Counted from the whole stretch's first letter, positions 24,136-38,745 are shown. The stretch is 63,642 nucleotides of DNA, filler included, from Octopus bimaculoides (GCF_001194135.2; 4 parts of 4 records of this genome joined end to end with filler, not necessarily neighbours in it); one strand, 5' to 3'. Translations and numbers: made by a program. The notes: generated from the letters alone by a model not told the origin.

Positions 24136-25736
24136 TACATACATACATACATACATACAAATTTATGTTTACATAGACTAAAGATACATACACATATATA
24201 TCATTTACTGTACTCTGTAAAAAGTTATGAGCCACTAATAGTTTCATACACTGGAGATGTAGTCTCCAAACAATCTTCGGTCTCTGACCACGTGGCCTAT
24301 ACAATTTACAAATCAGGACACTAGAACGAGATAAATAATGAGAAAAAAACAAGAAGGTGGATGCAAAATGTGGAAGGTGGAAAAAACAGAAAAAGAAAAG
24401 AAGAAAATAAATTATGTCCCCTTTGTCCATAAATCTCTGATAAAGTTAGTTGTAGAATGAATCAATGGGAAGGGGTACAAAGTCTGTGATGCAGCTACTC
24501 AATTCAGAGTAAGAAATTTGTCCATATGTTTGCATTTGCTGAAAATTTCTGATCTGGAATTCAAAAAGTGTGCTGGAATTCTTATATCTAAAATGGATTT
24601 GCAATCTTTCAGCAATGCATAAGTTGAGTTTCTTAGATCCATTCACATACGGTATGGAATTTTCAACGAATTTTCCATTTGATTGTATGTAGTGTCAAGA
24701 TGGTTTTCAAACCCCATTCACAGCTCGTCAACTTCATAGATTTACTTTTGTCAAAATTACCTATCTTTTTTCCAGCACATTCAAAAATGCACACTCACAC
24801 ACACACGTACACACACACACACACACACACACATCCATGCATGCATGCACACACACACATACACACAAACACACACATTTATGTATACAGATGCACTTTG
24901 AACTAGAGACAAAGGGATAATCTATGCAGTGGAAACATCCCTGCTCACCTGAGGTCACCTGTACCTGATTAAGAAACTGAGAGAAAAAATTTCCTTTTTC
25001 TAAGATGCCCGTCTCTCAGAGCCAGGGACAACTGCAGCTTTGAACAGTTACTAGTACTCTATTATCCATAACTGTTCCTCAAACACTGGAGTAAAACTCA
25101 CATATTTCATATTTAGCAACTGCTACATTCACAAATATTTTAGATTACATCTCACCCCACCCATCCCCACAAAAAAAGAAACATAGAGATTACTTTACTG
25201 ATTGTTAAACCTTCACCCACAAAATCAATAATACTGCTTGCCTACAGATGTGTTATTTACTTTTATACTTAAGCTGCAAATGACCAGTATGTCTGAATAG
25301 CAATTGTACTAAAGAGGAACTCAAAGCTTTAAATTCCAGATAGCAGACCTGTTGCAGTTATCTTGCCAAAAACTTTTATTATCATTTTGCATTTTGGTTA
25401 AATGTTTTAACTACACACACACACAGATATTTATATATATACATACATACACATATACATATATATATGTATAAATATTACATGGTTACACTACACACAC
25501 TATACAAACATATAAGATGTGTGTGTGTGTGTGTGTGTGTGCGTGTGTGCGTGTGTGTGTGTGTGTGTATGTGTGTGTGTCTGTGTGCATGTGTGATTGA
25601 CTGTATTAATGTAAACTTATATATATGTATTTGGTTGCATGGATCAGTGTTTCTACATAAAATGACAAGGGTGTATATATATGCATGTTTTTAGACATAA
25701 ATCACAAAGTGCAGAGAGACAGTCAAACATAAACTT

Positions 25737-25788
<52 letters not shown>

Positions 25789-27449
25789 ATGTATTTTAAC
25801 ATATTTTGTGAGAGAATTATACTTAATGTCTTGTATAAACCATTCTATCTGCTGACAGTAGTAAACCTACAGCAGATAGCCATCAGATAGCACCATAAGT
25901 TGTTCAAGGCAATATAATTTTAAACCAGATTTTACTGGGGTGATATACAGCAAAGAACTACAATCAACTAAAGGGTAAGATCCTGAAATATCAGACTTTC
26001 AATTCTTTACAGCAATCAAATTTATCAACATTCTACGAAACCTCATTTGCATTATTATTGATGATGACACAGATTCTCAACAGCTTCCCCAAAGTCTGGA
26101 TTTTACTCAATGCATATTAACTTGATAGCTGTATAATTAGTATTTAGTGTTTTTTTTTTCAAAGAAAGAGCATGGTATATCCTGTGTAATATGAACTTGT
26201 GAACTTTTATATCGAAGGTGTTCATTATCTTATCTGCTCAGCCTTTGTGGCTGCTGAAAATAAGACAACTGATAATACAAAAGGATTTATATTTATTTTT
26301 AATAATTCTTTGTAGATAACTGTTCTTTTTTAATGTTGTTTTCTAAGGATAAGTACACCAACTGACAAACATGCTTACAAACAAGAGATTTAGTTGATTA
26401 GACACTCATATATAAGCCTTTGTGTAAGTGTGTATATATATACACATATCCATGTAGACATACATATACTAGTATGCAAATAGACTTGCAAGCAGCTTCC
26501 TACTTGAGAGAAATGTGTATGTGGTTTTACCATTAAATGGAAAGATATCTATCTTTTACACACAAGCATACACGCACAAGAGTATATGTATTCAGTATAT
26601 GTGTAGGTGTGTGCTTATAACTGTGTTGTTTGCAAAGCTCAGTAAACTTTGAAGTACAAGATACGCAAGACAAATGGAAAAGTACCATCATCATCTTCAT
26701 CATCGTCATCGTCGTCGTCGTCATCATATCATAATCATCATCATCATTCTCAACAGCAACATGATGATGCAACACACGAAATCTAGCAATCAATTGATAT
26801 AATCCCACCATGAAGATGATGATGCCTGTTGTGATGATGGTATTGGTAGCAGTGATAGAGATAAGGAGATGAGGTTTAGAGAGTAGAGGTGGAGATGAAT
26901 ATAAGGATACATGTGATAATAGTGATGGTTAGAGTAGTAGCGATAATGGTGGGAGAAGGTGCATTAAACAAGATGAGGATAACGATGGTTAATAGTTACG
27001 ATGATGATGATGATGGTGCAGATCATAGTGATAATGATAATTATAATGTTAGTCGTAAATAAAAGAAACTACTACAACCATTACTGCTGCTGCTGCTATT
27101 AAGATGATGGTAATGAAAACAAACTATTCTATAATTTCAGTAATTTTTCTTTTTAAGTGTCTGCTTCAACTTCTGCGAAGACATTGTAAACAATTTCATT
27201 TGCTAAAGAGAAATTGATAGATTTAAGCCTGAAGAATATGGTATCTGTTTGTAATTGTAAGAACCTTTGGTAAATACATCATCAATTTTAATCATTATCA
27301 GCATCATCAGCATCATCAGCATCATTGTTGCGATCATTGTCTTTGTCATCTACATCAGTATTATCATCATTGCACAGATTCTGGTTCAGCACCAGCATAA
27401 CTGAGAGTAGGTATACTTCAAATAAGATCAACTGAAACGTTGCCTACTT

Positions 27450-28100
27450 GTAATATTTGAGAGATTATTTACTTTCTTTTTACCTTTAGTTTTAAGATAA
27501 TAGCTCGAGTTCTTAAGGTTCCTATGACTTCAACTACTGCTTCTGGTATTTTAGCAATGCTGTTCATATCAATATAATATAGAATGAGATCAAGTTGCTC
27601 TTCTCTAAATCTGACTAGACCAATACTTAATTCTTATGATATTGTCCAGCTTCTGATAACATAACTTGTTTATCACATAACCCAAATTCCTTTTTATCCA
27701 GCCAGTTGTTCATCTGCAAATACATTGTTGATTTTGCAGTGGTCCTGTGGGAATATGCATTGAAAGTCTGTGTTTAGTTTGTACATAAGATTCTGACATG
27801 AAAGCATCTAGTTATGAAAGGAATCTTGTCTTTTAGTTTTAGCTTTGTCTCCATTAATACACACTAAGTTATAAAATATCGATCTAACTATTCAGCTCTT
27901 GTTGATACAAGCCAACAACTGACTTGCAATAAAAGGTTAAATTTTTGTACTAGTGGCTTTTCTATGCTTAGCTATCTGGTACATTTCTTACCCTGGTTTG
28001 ACAACATCACCATTGAAACTGTGTATGTTGTCTGTATAGAATCCAGCTAGTAATCTCACCTGATATTATCCCATATGGCTTTTTTTTGTGATTTTTTTTG
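27450..28100 (-). mobile_element. Highly degenerate LINE APE-endonuclease N-terminal relic
   Basis: Minus frame LLQVSCWLVSTRAE*LDRYFIT*CVLMETKL resembles the (W)NCRGL...LQETKL start of APE domains. Confidence 0.4.
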
Positions 28101-28643
28101 TTTATTGAACATTCTCTTCTTTAAAAAGTTTTGTCTTCATTTTTTCTTCGTTCATGTTTTCATACACACTCGTAGATATTTCCATCTTTCTATCCATACA
28201 ATCCCCTGAATACTAATACAAAAGCTAATGTTGCTCAAGACAGACAAACATAGGTTTACAAAACTTTCTCTAAATATCTCCTCACATGAAGGAACTACCA
28301 TTACTTCTATTTGTTATCCATTCATATCTTAGTAGACTGATTCCTCATTATGTTTCTTTTCTTGATGCTCATTCTTGGTTAGTGGGTTATATTCTAAAAG
28401 GCCTCAATTTCTTGTTTCTGAATATCATTATACCTTATATAACATATACAGCTGGGCAGGGATTCAGTCATTTGTCATTTTACATTTTAATAAGTGGCTA
28501 CGTATATCACACTGTTGTCATGTTGACCCATAATTCTATTTTCTTTTCTGGATTTTAACACTGAAGCTTACTTTTACATAGCTTTACAAAAGTTTATATT
28601 CTATATATTCAACGTTTTGACTGTCATATCGGTGGACTATATA

Positions 28644-29916
28644 CAGACATGCAGGAAGTAAATAGACACATTTAATTTTCAAAATCTTTTATTTAATATG
28701 CAAAGCAAACAATTGAAATGTAATAGATAGGTAGGACTACATACTTTAGTATTTAGTTGACATTCCCTTTGCAGTTTTTAATTCAGAAACTCTTTTTGGC
28801 ATTGAACTGGTGAGCATTGTAATTGTCTCTTGTGGAATTTCTGCCCACTTTTCATGCAGCAATTGAAACAATTCATCTTTAGATTTAGGTTTCTGTTGAG
28901 TTTTTTGTATAGCTCTATCTAGTATGCTCCAAAGATTTTAAATTGGGTTCATGTCAAGAGATTGGCTTGGCCAAGAATGCTTTTTGATCCCATTTTCAGT
29001 CAGCCATTGTTGATTCCTTTTTACTGTGTGGCATGGAGCCCCATCTTCCATGAATAAAAACTTATTTTTTGTTATGTTATCATGTGAATACATCAGAAGT
29101 AGTCCTTGCTTAAGTATTTTGATGTATTGTTCAGAGTTTATGGTTCCAACACATTCAATCAGCTCAGAACGACCATTGCTGGTGACAGCTCCCCATACCA
29201 TTACAGAGATACCACCATGTTTCTCAGTTGGTTGGAGTCGTTTGAAATCAAATTCTTGATTGGGAAGCCTCAAGATCTAAACATGTTCACTGTCTGAAAA
29301 TAATGCAAATCTTGGTTCATCTGAGAAAATCACTCTATCCCAAACTGAACTGGATTTTTCCAACATCTTCTTAGCCCATTTCTTTCTTTTCGTGATATTA
29401 ATTGGTTGAAGGAGAGGTTTTCTGCTATCTGCTCATCCATAATACCCAAGCTTATGCAGATATGTAACACACGTTCATGGACTAACTTCTAACTGTTTTG
29501 CAATGTTGGAAGCCTTTGAACGAGGTTCGTTTTCCACAATTCACTTCAAACAGTGAAGCTTCCATTCCAAAGGCCCAGGTCGGCCGGGACGAGAATCTGT
29601 TGATTCTTTTTCTTGGCTTTTGAATTGCACTATAATTCTATTAACAAAAGCAAGAGGAATTTGAAGATTTTCGGCAATTTTCCGCTGGCTAAGACCAGCC
29701 TTAGATTGACCAACAATACAACCTCTTTGAAAATCTCACATTTCTGCTGAATTTTTTGTGCGTGGCATGGCTACTCTTTGCAAATGTTTAATATAATGGC
29801 ACCTGGAATGAAAAAGAATAATTACATTGTAAATTCTACACCACTGAAAACATATTAAGACACTTAGATCAGAAATTTTGAAAATTAAAGGTGTCTGTTT
29901 ACTTCCTGCATGTCTG
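28644..29916 (-). mobile_element. Tc1-like transposon, complete ends, degenerate transposase
   Basis: TIR CAGACATGCAGGAAGTAAA(T/C)AGACAC at both ends; FSDEPRF, KHGGISVMVWG, FMEDGAPCH, WPSQSLDMNPI*NLW (DD34E architecture). Confidence 0.92.
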
Positions 29917-29949
29917 TGTATATAAGATAGCTATTTTGCTGATAAATAT

Positions 29950-30130
29950 TGGTTTCAAATTTTGGCATAAGGCCAGAAATTTCAGGGTTTGGGGTAAGTT
30001 GATTACATCAGCCCCAGTGCTCAACTGGTATTTATTTTATCGACCCTGAAAGGGTCAAAGACAAAATCAACTTCAGCAGAATTTGAACTCAGATTGTAAA
30101 GACGGAGAGACTGCTACTAAGCATTGTGTA
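29950..30130 (-). mobile_element. SINE family C, diverged
   Basis: ccccagtgctcaactggta...atcgaccctgaaagg...agaatttgaactc. Confidence 0.7.
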
Positions 30131-30542
30131 TTTGCTCATCAATATTATTTCAAGATCAGTTTTGTGGTCTTTATGCTAATTGCAATTAATTTAGCCTAAT
30201 GTAGATATAGTTTCCAGAACAAAGCAACACTTCACTGTAAAGATTTTTTAAAAAAAACTATCCTAAGTTTATTATACTTTTAATCTCCTGACAATGAATA
30301 CTATTTGTTTCCATGGTTCCTATTGCTGCTGTTCTTGCTGTTGTTAGTAATGTTTAGAGTAGAATTACTGACTGCAGCTACATTTCCTCACCTCCACTCA
30401 TCTATTGTGGCAACTGCTATGACCACTTCTTCACAATATCATAAAATATTCTTCACTCACAAGCAGATGTGATGTCATTGGTTGATTACGCAATCGATCA
30501 TGAATCCTAAGTATTATTTACATATTATTTATATTACTTACA

Positions 30543-30910
30543 TAGGTGCATGTGTAGCTGTATGGTAAAATGTTTGCTTCCCAACCACAGGGTTTCGGTT
30601 TCAGACCCACTGTGAGGCACCTTGGGTAAATATCTTCTATTATAGCCCCATGCCAACCAAAGCCTGTCAAATATGTGTGTGTGTGATGGGGTGTCCATGC
30701 TTATGTTTGTCCCCCACCAGCACTCAACAACTGCTGTTGGTTTGTTTACATCCCTCTAACTCAGTATTTCAGCAAAAAGAGACCAACAGAACAAGTAAGA
30801 AACTTAAAAGAATAGTAGGTACTGGGGTCAATTTGTTTCAACAAAATTTTCACTGTGGGAATCCAACATGGCAGCAGTCCAATGACTGACACAAGTAAAA
30901 GCTGAAAGAT
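30543..30910 (+). mobile_element. SINE family A, diverged
   Basis: Colinear with 7505-7915. Confidence 0.75.
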
Positions 30911-31552
30911 ACTCGTATAACCATGTCATCAATAATGATAACAATTATGTTTGTTTTACTTGATTGCATTGAACATGATATTAAAATATAGTTCAGATAT
31001 AAAAAATCATGTTTATTTCAAATACAGATACTTACATCTTGCTATAGACAATGCAATGAACAATTATTCAGTACGTACTTTAACAGTGCATAAATCAAAA
31101 CTTTAGCCAATCGCAGAGAAAGTATTTAGTAACAAAGAGAGATAACACTAATAATATTTATATGTACTGGTGTAGGAGACATAAAAAAAATAACGTTCTT
31201 TTATTATTTTTACTTTCTTTCAGTAATTCCTTGTGTCTTTCTTTAAGTCTTGCAATAATTTCTTCTTGTTTCATTTTAGCATTCTGATTCATTTACCCTG
31301 CCTCTCACTCTCTTGCATTATTTTCACTTACACATATGTAGTTATGTTTTATATTTCTCCCTATCTATCAATCTATCTATCAGTTGATATCTATCTGTAT
31401 GTATGTATGCATGTATGTATGTGTGAGTCCTTGTGTTTGTATTTGCTCCCCACCATCACTTGACAACCTGTGGGGAACCAAGGTTTACATATATGTACAT
31501 ATACATAAATATATATATACATATACATATATATGTATGATGATGATGATGA

Positions 31553-31585
<33 letters not shown>

Positions 31586-32030
31586 NNNNNNNNNNNNNNN
31601 NNNNNNNNNNNNNNNNNNNNNNNNNNNNNTTAATTAATTAANNNNNNNNNNNNNNNNNNNNNNNNNNNNNNNNNNNNNNNNNNNNTATTATTATTATTAT
31701 TATTATTATCTTATGATTTTTACTTTGTATTATATTATACTTATTTATCGTGCATTTACTTATTAATTTTTCTATATGTGACTGTGGATTTTCATGGATG
31801 AGTTCATGAACTTTGGTTCTTTTCTCTAAAACTATATATTTATATATTTTATACTGTGAAACTTAATTTTAATTTTTGATAAATTGAATTTAATTGAGTT
31901 TTTATCTGTAAATTTGGATTTTTATCCCTAATATTATTATTATATTTTTGTATATATATACAAAATTAAAGAATGTAACTGATATTTTAAGCTTTATACA
32001 TTATATATATATATGTATATACACACACAT

Positions 32031-32066
<36 letters not shown>

Positions 32067-32542
32067 ATAGAGCAGAAAGTCAGAGTTAGGGAGACAAAGA
32101 AGGTATGTGTAAATTATGATGATATATATGATTGATTAAATATTTATTGCATATATTTGACAGACTATGTTTGTAAATTTACAATAATAATATTTACATA
32201 GGTATAAAAAGAAAACACCCTTTCCCACAGAAGCATACATAAGTACATACAAATGCAAAAATATATACATATATACCTTGGTAGATAAATAGTTACAACA
32301 GAATAGAGTTGAGTAAATCATCTATGTTCAAATTAAAATTAATTTGGTAGAACTTCAGGCAGAAGATTCATGTTATTTAGCTGTATCCCTTACTGTGCTG
32401 AGTTTAAATTCACTATAGCCAACTTTGCTTATCAGCTTTCAGGGTGAAAAAAGAAAATCCCTAGTAAATATTAGAATCTATTAATCAACTTTTCTTCACC
32501 CTACTCAAAAATTGCACCTATGTTAGAAATTATTATTATTAT

Positions 32543-33065
32543 TGAGTGAGAGAGCAGTGCATGCCATCAAGGTGACACTGGGATACAAATATATGAAGCC
32601 CAATATACCCGTCATGATTACACTTTTGATAAGGGTACACCAGGCACATGCATCACAACCATATATGCATGACGTGGTGATCTCATATCAAGATAAACAG
32701 TGCATAATCTTGCAAGTGGGGCCCAGTTAGAATTTTCTTCTGGTCAATTAGCTCATCCCACTCAAAATGTCCCTGAATAAGGTTTGTTTAAGGATGAAGG
32801 AAACACCCATGTTTTCAGAGGTTAATTATTCGAACCCGAAAGAATTCCTACTACTTCCTGCTCGTGATCAGAGATGCACATATCATCAGCCACTAAGGGA
32901 CATACTCAACTGGTTAAGGTCAAGCAACTGACAAACAAATCTGTGGTATTAAGCAGAATATTTGCTGCAGCCCATCTTTTATACCAAGACGAAATATGTA
33001 CATAAGATCAGAAATATGTACAGTTAAGATCAGAAGCCATGAAAATCATTGTCTGGTACTGCATT
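32543..33065. repeat. Unclassified interspersed repeat
   Basis: High-complexity 520-bp block between (ATT)n and (CAT)n tracts, resembling a common octopus repeat from memory; class not determined. Confidence 0.35.
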
Positions 33066-33078
33066 ATTATAATTATTG

Positions 33079-33114
<36 letters not shown>

Positions 33115-34061
33115 CTGTCTCATCACTGAAGAGCAGTTTTTTTGTTCAACTAAAGCCTCATCATTTCAGGTAATAATGTTTAATTCTACCCCAGACCTTC
33201 CTTTAAATTTTGTGCGGTCTCATAAGATTAAAAAACTGGTTTTGGAGTATTTATTTTGTTACATCTAAATATGAAGAAAGCATTGCTAGTGAGATGTGTC
33301 AGCTTGTCAAATCCCCCCAAAAAGTAGTATATACAATAATATTCAACTTTTGGGAAATATCAGTGCATTTTGTTGGGAATAGCTAGTATTCTCAGGTAAT
33401 CATTCTTCTGTAAATTCATCTGAAGTATTCTTTAGTCTAAGAGCAGTTAACCAAACATGGCTATTGTCTTCTATAGGATGATTCCAGCAAATGTTTTAGA
33501 AATTTTTCTCAGTGAGGTAATGGTGCAGAATATAACTTTAAACATATCAACTGATATTCTATATAACTTGAGTATCAAGGAAATTCTTCCAGAATAGCTG
33601 GGAATAATCCAAGCATGCTGGGTGTTGCATCCATCAAATATGTTTAATATTGAAGAGGGAGAAGCCTATAGATTACACATCATTGTTCGTCTTCATCCTC
33701 TGTATGTGTGTGTTTATACATGCATACACACAGTTCCTTAATTTATTGTCAGTTAGACACACCATGATTATTGTGTTATCATGTTCCAAATATTTGGAAG
33801 TCATGTATAATTGAAACTACTGAATCATGACATGTGTAATATTGATATAAATAGTGAAAGTGCTTGGACATATAGAGACTAGTAATGACAAGTTATGTTT
33901 AATAGAAACTCGTTTTCATTTTATAGCTTTAAAAACAAACCCTATGAAACTTAACCACAGTAAAAAAAACCTGAAGTTAAATTAACATTTACTGTTGCTA
34001 GAATTGTAGTGAGTCCTTAGACAGTCGTTGCTGATGCAATATCACCAATACAGTAATATAC

Positions 34062-34092
<31 letters not shown>

Positions 34093-34102
34093 NNNNNNNN
34101 NN

Positions 34103-34142
<40 letters not shown>

Positions 34143-34369
34143 TCACTTAGATATAGCAATACTAATAAACTGTATTAGAACTCTATAGCTTCATTGAAGC
34201 TTCAAAGATGAAGTGCAATTTTATTTGGGAAAGCATCTGCATTTATATATATATATGTATATAGATAGATATAAATGCACGTGCATGCATACACACACAC
34301 AGAAAAACATTATCATTGTGATGTCATAGGAGAGAAATGTATCTGCATGGATGATGGTGCAAAGAAAGA

Positions 34370-35266
34370 GGCTTGGAAATGCCATTATGAAAGACTACTG
34401 AATGTGGAGAATGAATAGGAAGAGGAGAGTTTGCCAAATGTTAACCCAACTGAGGGATCAGCAATCTGAATTGACAGTACCTTGGTAGATAAAGTAATTA
34501 AGGGTATGAAGAAAGGGAAAGCCCCTGGCCCATCAGGAATCACTGCTGAGATGCTTAAAATATCTGGCGGTGTGGGTTGTGGTCTAGGAGTCATACACAA
34601 TGACTGGTGTAGCAGCATCATAGTTCACTGCTACAAAGGTAAAGATGATGCCTTAGAAATAATTACAGAGGTATCAAATTGCTGGATCAGATGATGAAAG
34701 TTATAGAGAGGGCCATAGCACAAATAATTAGGGGGAGAGTTAGTCTAGATGAGATTAGTGAAGCATGACCTTCGAACTTTGGACCTCATAGAGGCATTGA
34801 CTAGTGACTGAAACCTTTGGTGATATGCTGTGTGTGACAAGACCCAGCAAGCTAAGTGAGACTATAACCAAGTGAAATTGTAGTCATGGCCAATGCTGGT
34901 GTCACATAACTTGCACCCATGCCAGTGGTATGTTAAAAGCACCTTTTGAGTGTTGGGCCTCCGGAGGCAGTGACGAATGACCAAGACCTTTGGCATTATG
35001 CCATGCTTGAGAAGAAGACCCATCAAGCCAAGTAAAATCATAGTTGTGGCAGATACTGGTGTCACACAAATGGCACCCATGCTGGTAGCATATAAAAGCA
35101 CCCATTACACTCTCAAGTTGTTGGTATTAGGAAGGGCATCCAACTGTAAAATAACATGCCAAATCAGACTAGATCGTGATGCAGTCTTACAGCTTACCAA
35201 CCATGGTCAAACCATTCAACCCATGTCAGTATGTACTACAGACGTTAAATGATGATGATGTTGATA

Positions 35267-35310
<44 letters not shown>
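34370..35310 (+). mobile_element. Internally deleted RTE LINE (RT N-terminal part, ORF end, 3' UTR, (GAT)n tail)
   Basis: VDKVIKGMKKGKAPGPSGITAEMLK, DWCSSIIVHCYKGKDDAL, YRGIKLLDQMMKVIER, joined at ~34757 to VKHDLRTL; tail gacgttaaatgatgatgat. Confidence 0.85.
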
Positions 35311-35847
35311 ATGTAGGAAATGAAATAAGAAGTTAGAGGAGTTTTCTGAGAGGGACTTCTGTCACTTGTAGCCAAAACAGTTGTAAGCTAATGAACTTCA
35401 TGACATAATTTCTTATTCCCTTGTCATTTTAATTTCTTCTCTATATATAAATATAAAATCCTTTGTATCTCTGTGTGTTCCCAATGCATTCTCAAACGGC
35501 TCAACCAAATCAAATCAAATCAAATTTTACATGGTAACACTATCACACCCCAGGAGTCTCAACATGTAATTTTTGGAATTAAAACAATGCAACATTGGCA
35601 CTTGTTCCATATTACGTCTTACTCGAAGAATAAAAGTGAAACCTTCGACGGAGTAGCAGTTATAAATAGTTTCACTTTTATATTGTTTCACTTTTAATAG
35701 TTTCACTATGTATAAATATACATGTATGTATAAATATATACATATATATATAGAGACATATATATGTACATATATATCTATATATACATATACATACATA
35801 TATATATATATATACACTCACATATATATATACATATATATATACAC

Positions 35848-35879
<32 letters not shown>

Positions 35880-35930
35880 GCATATATATAGATTTATATA
35901 TACATATATACATACATACATATATATGAT

Positions 35931-36630
35931 GATGACACTAAGATCCAGCAAATCATCAATGAAGAAGAAGACCGAACCCAACTCCAGTCTGACCTATATG
36001 CTGTGAGTCAATGGGCAGATAAAAACAAAATGAAACTGAACGAGGAAAAATTTGAGCTGATGCATTTTGGAAGAAAGTCTATACTTAAACAGCCATACTC
36101 TCTTCCTTCAGAGGAACAGTTCATGGCATCCAATAATATCAGAGATCTGGGTGTAATTGTTGACAGCAATCTCAATTGGAGTGCCGACATCAACAATAAG
36201 GTCAATATAGCCCGTAGGATGAGCTCCTGGATCTTAAGAACCTTCCGGTCCAGAGAACAAGGTGTCATCATTCCACTTTTCTCCTCCTTTGTACGGCCAC
36301 ACCTCAAATACTGCTGCCCCCTTTGGTCTCCCCATACAAGACAAAACACCTTGAGGATTGAATCACCCCAGAGGGTACTCACTAAACGAATTGAAGGCAT
36401 GACTGATCTTGATTACTGGGACCGCCTTAAAGCCTTGAAGCTCTACTCTATACAGCGCCGCCGTGAGCAGTATATCATCTGTACGATGTGGAAAATATAC
36501 CACCAGCATTACCCAAACGACCTGAACATTAGTTTCAAGGTTCATCCAAGGCTGGAACCACAGGCCATACGTCCCCTGCATAATTCAGGATCACAACATA
36601 TAGGTACACTGCGGCATAATTTCTTTTCCT
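35931..36630 (+). mobile_element. 5'-truncated CR1-group LINE, RT C-terminal half, open to the gap
   Basis: Stop-free frame DDTKI...[23 protein letters not shown]...RDLGVIVDSNLNW...FVRPHLKYCCPLWSP...IESPQRVLTK. Confidence 0.9.
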
Positions 36631-36730
36631 NNNNNNNNNNNNNNNNNNNNNNNNNNNNNNNNNNNNNNNNNNNNNNNNNNNNNNNNNNNNNNNNNNNNNN
36701 NNNNNNNNNNNNNNNNNNNNNNNNNNNNNN

Positions 36731-36771
<41 letters not shown>

Positions 36772-36971
36772 ATATATGCACATACATACATACATACATA
36801 CAGACAGATAGCGGGACAGATACACACACACATGCATATATATATATATATATATATATATAGTCAATTCAAATAAACAATCTATTCAAATAAATGAAAA
36901 ATAAAATTAACAGACAACAAGAGGACATGCACAAGGAATGTGTTAGTTTGATGCTCAGTGAAAAGAGAGAT

Positions 36972-37005
36972 TTTTGACATTTCAAGCATAGCTCTTCTCA
37001 GAAAG
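36972..37005 (-). ncRNA. Decayed hammerhead-like motif in a Penelope-type terminal repeat
   Basis: CUUU-CUGA-GA-AGAGC(UAU)GCUU-GAAA-UG-UC|AAAA; one core base missing; flanks related to 63432-63630. Confidence 0.35.
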
Positions 37006-37189
37006 GAGAAAGGGAAACGTTCAAAGAAGGAAAAAGAAATTGTCAACAGCATGTATGTAGTTACATTGCTGAAGTGTATATGTGTATATGTGTGTGTGTG
37101 TGTCTATGTACACATATATATATAAGCAATAATAAATCTCTGAGCGAGGTATAAACAGTAGCTGCACAGCAAATATACTTGACGATATA

Positions 37190-37237
<48 letters not shown>

Positions 37238-37238
<1 letters not shown>

Positions 37239-37558
37239 AAACCCCCTTCGGTCAGGACTGACCATGGGATTGCACCTAGAAAGTTACCCTCCCAGGTACA
37301 AGTCCAGGCAAGGTTGTTTATGGAAGACCAGCAGTCACCCAGGCATACCGGCCTCCCCTCTCCATGCCACCAGTGTTATCCAAGGGAAAAGCAAAGGCCA
37401 ATACAGCTTGGCACCTGTGATGTTGCAACACATTTCTACAGCTGAGTGAACTGGAGCAACATGAAATAAAGTGTCTTGCTCAAGAACACAACATGCAGCC
37501 CAGTTCAGGATTCGAACTCACAACCTCACACTCTAACCACTGAGCCATGCGCCTTCAC
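37238..37558 (-). mobile_element. tRNA-derived SINE related to family B (OR1-like), near full length
   Basis: Head gtgaaggcgcatggctcagtggttagagtg, central ttgtgttcttgagcaagacactttatttcatgttgctccagttcactcagctg. Confidence 0.75.
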
Positions 37559-37579
37559 ATATATATATATGTATATAAA

Positions 37580-38370
37580 TCGAATTTGAAATTGAACCAA
37601 ATTCGACAACTGGCACCCATGCCAACCTTCCTTCATTGGACACTAAACTCTGCTTGTGAAGACCTGTTGGGGCAAGTCAAATCGTAATTGAACCAAATTC
37701 GATGACTGGCACCTGTGCCATTGGAGCACTAACAGCACCATCAGAGCGGGATCATTGCCAGAGCAGCTGTCTGGCTTCTGTGCCGGTGGCACATAAAGAG
37801 CACCATTTGAGCGTGATCGTTACCAGCGTCACCTTACTGGCACTTGAACAAAACATTCAAGTGAGGTCGTTACCAGTGCCGCTGGACTGATTCCTGTGCA
37901 GGTGGCACATAAAAAACACCATTTGAGCATGGCCGTTGCCAGTACTGCCTGACTGACCTTTGTGCCGGTGGCACATAAAAGCACCCACTACACTCTCGAA
38001 GTGGTTGGCATTAGGAAGGGCATCCAGCTGTAGAAACTCTGCCAGATCAGATNNNNNNNNNNACATAAAAGCACCCACTACACTCTCGAAGTGGTTGGCA
38101 TTAGGAAGGGCATCCAGCTGTAGAAACTCTGCCAGATCAGATTGGAGCCTGGTGCAGCCATCTGGTTCGCCAGTCTTCAGTCAAATCGTCCAACCCATGC
38201 TAGCAAGGAAAGCGGACATTAAATGATGATGATGATGATGATATACTTGGCATTAGGAAGGGCATCCAAAATCTGACTGGAATCTGGTGCAGCCCCTCAG
38301 CTGATCAGCCCTAGTTAAACCATCCAGCCCATGCCAGCATGGACAACAGACATTAATTGATGATGATACT
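37580..38370 (+). mobile_element. RTE 3' UTR with repeated ggcacc..gccggtggcac..aaaagcacc units and two tail ends
   Basis: Ends gcggacattaaatgatgatgat at ~38240 and a second partial tail to 38370; the duplication across the gap at 38053-38062 may be an assembly overlap. Confidence 0.8.
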
Positions 38371-38517
38371 TCATATACAGACAGAAACATGAAATTCAAA
38401 TAACCAGGTATAAAATGCCATTTCTCCCACTTGCCTGTAATTACCTATATATATATATATATAGATGTTTGAATACATATATATTTATGTATATTTATGT
38501 ATATAAAAAATTCATAA

Positions 38518-38745
<228 letters not shown>

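Noticed and set aside
25900-25980. GG|GTAAGA donor, phase-compatible with the TMEM245 exon
   Set aside because: The upstream frame (DFTGVIYSKELQSTKG) does not match the conserved TMEM245 sequence and has no good acceptor.
31630-31641. TTAATTAATTAA islands inside N runs (also 57960-57971 and 61421-61432)
   Set aside because: Each is centred in 44 N + 12 + 44 N = 100 nt and encodes stops in all six frames; an artificial scaffolding spacer, not biology.
37580-38110. Regularly recurring ~30-nt units resembling a CRISPR repeat-spacer array
   Set aside because: Units are degenerate, irregularly spaced parts of the RTE 3' UTR; eukaryotic context and no cas genes.
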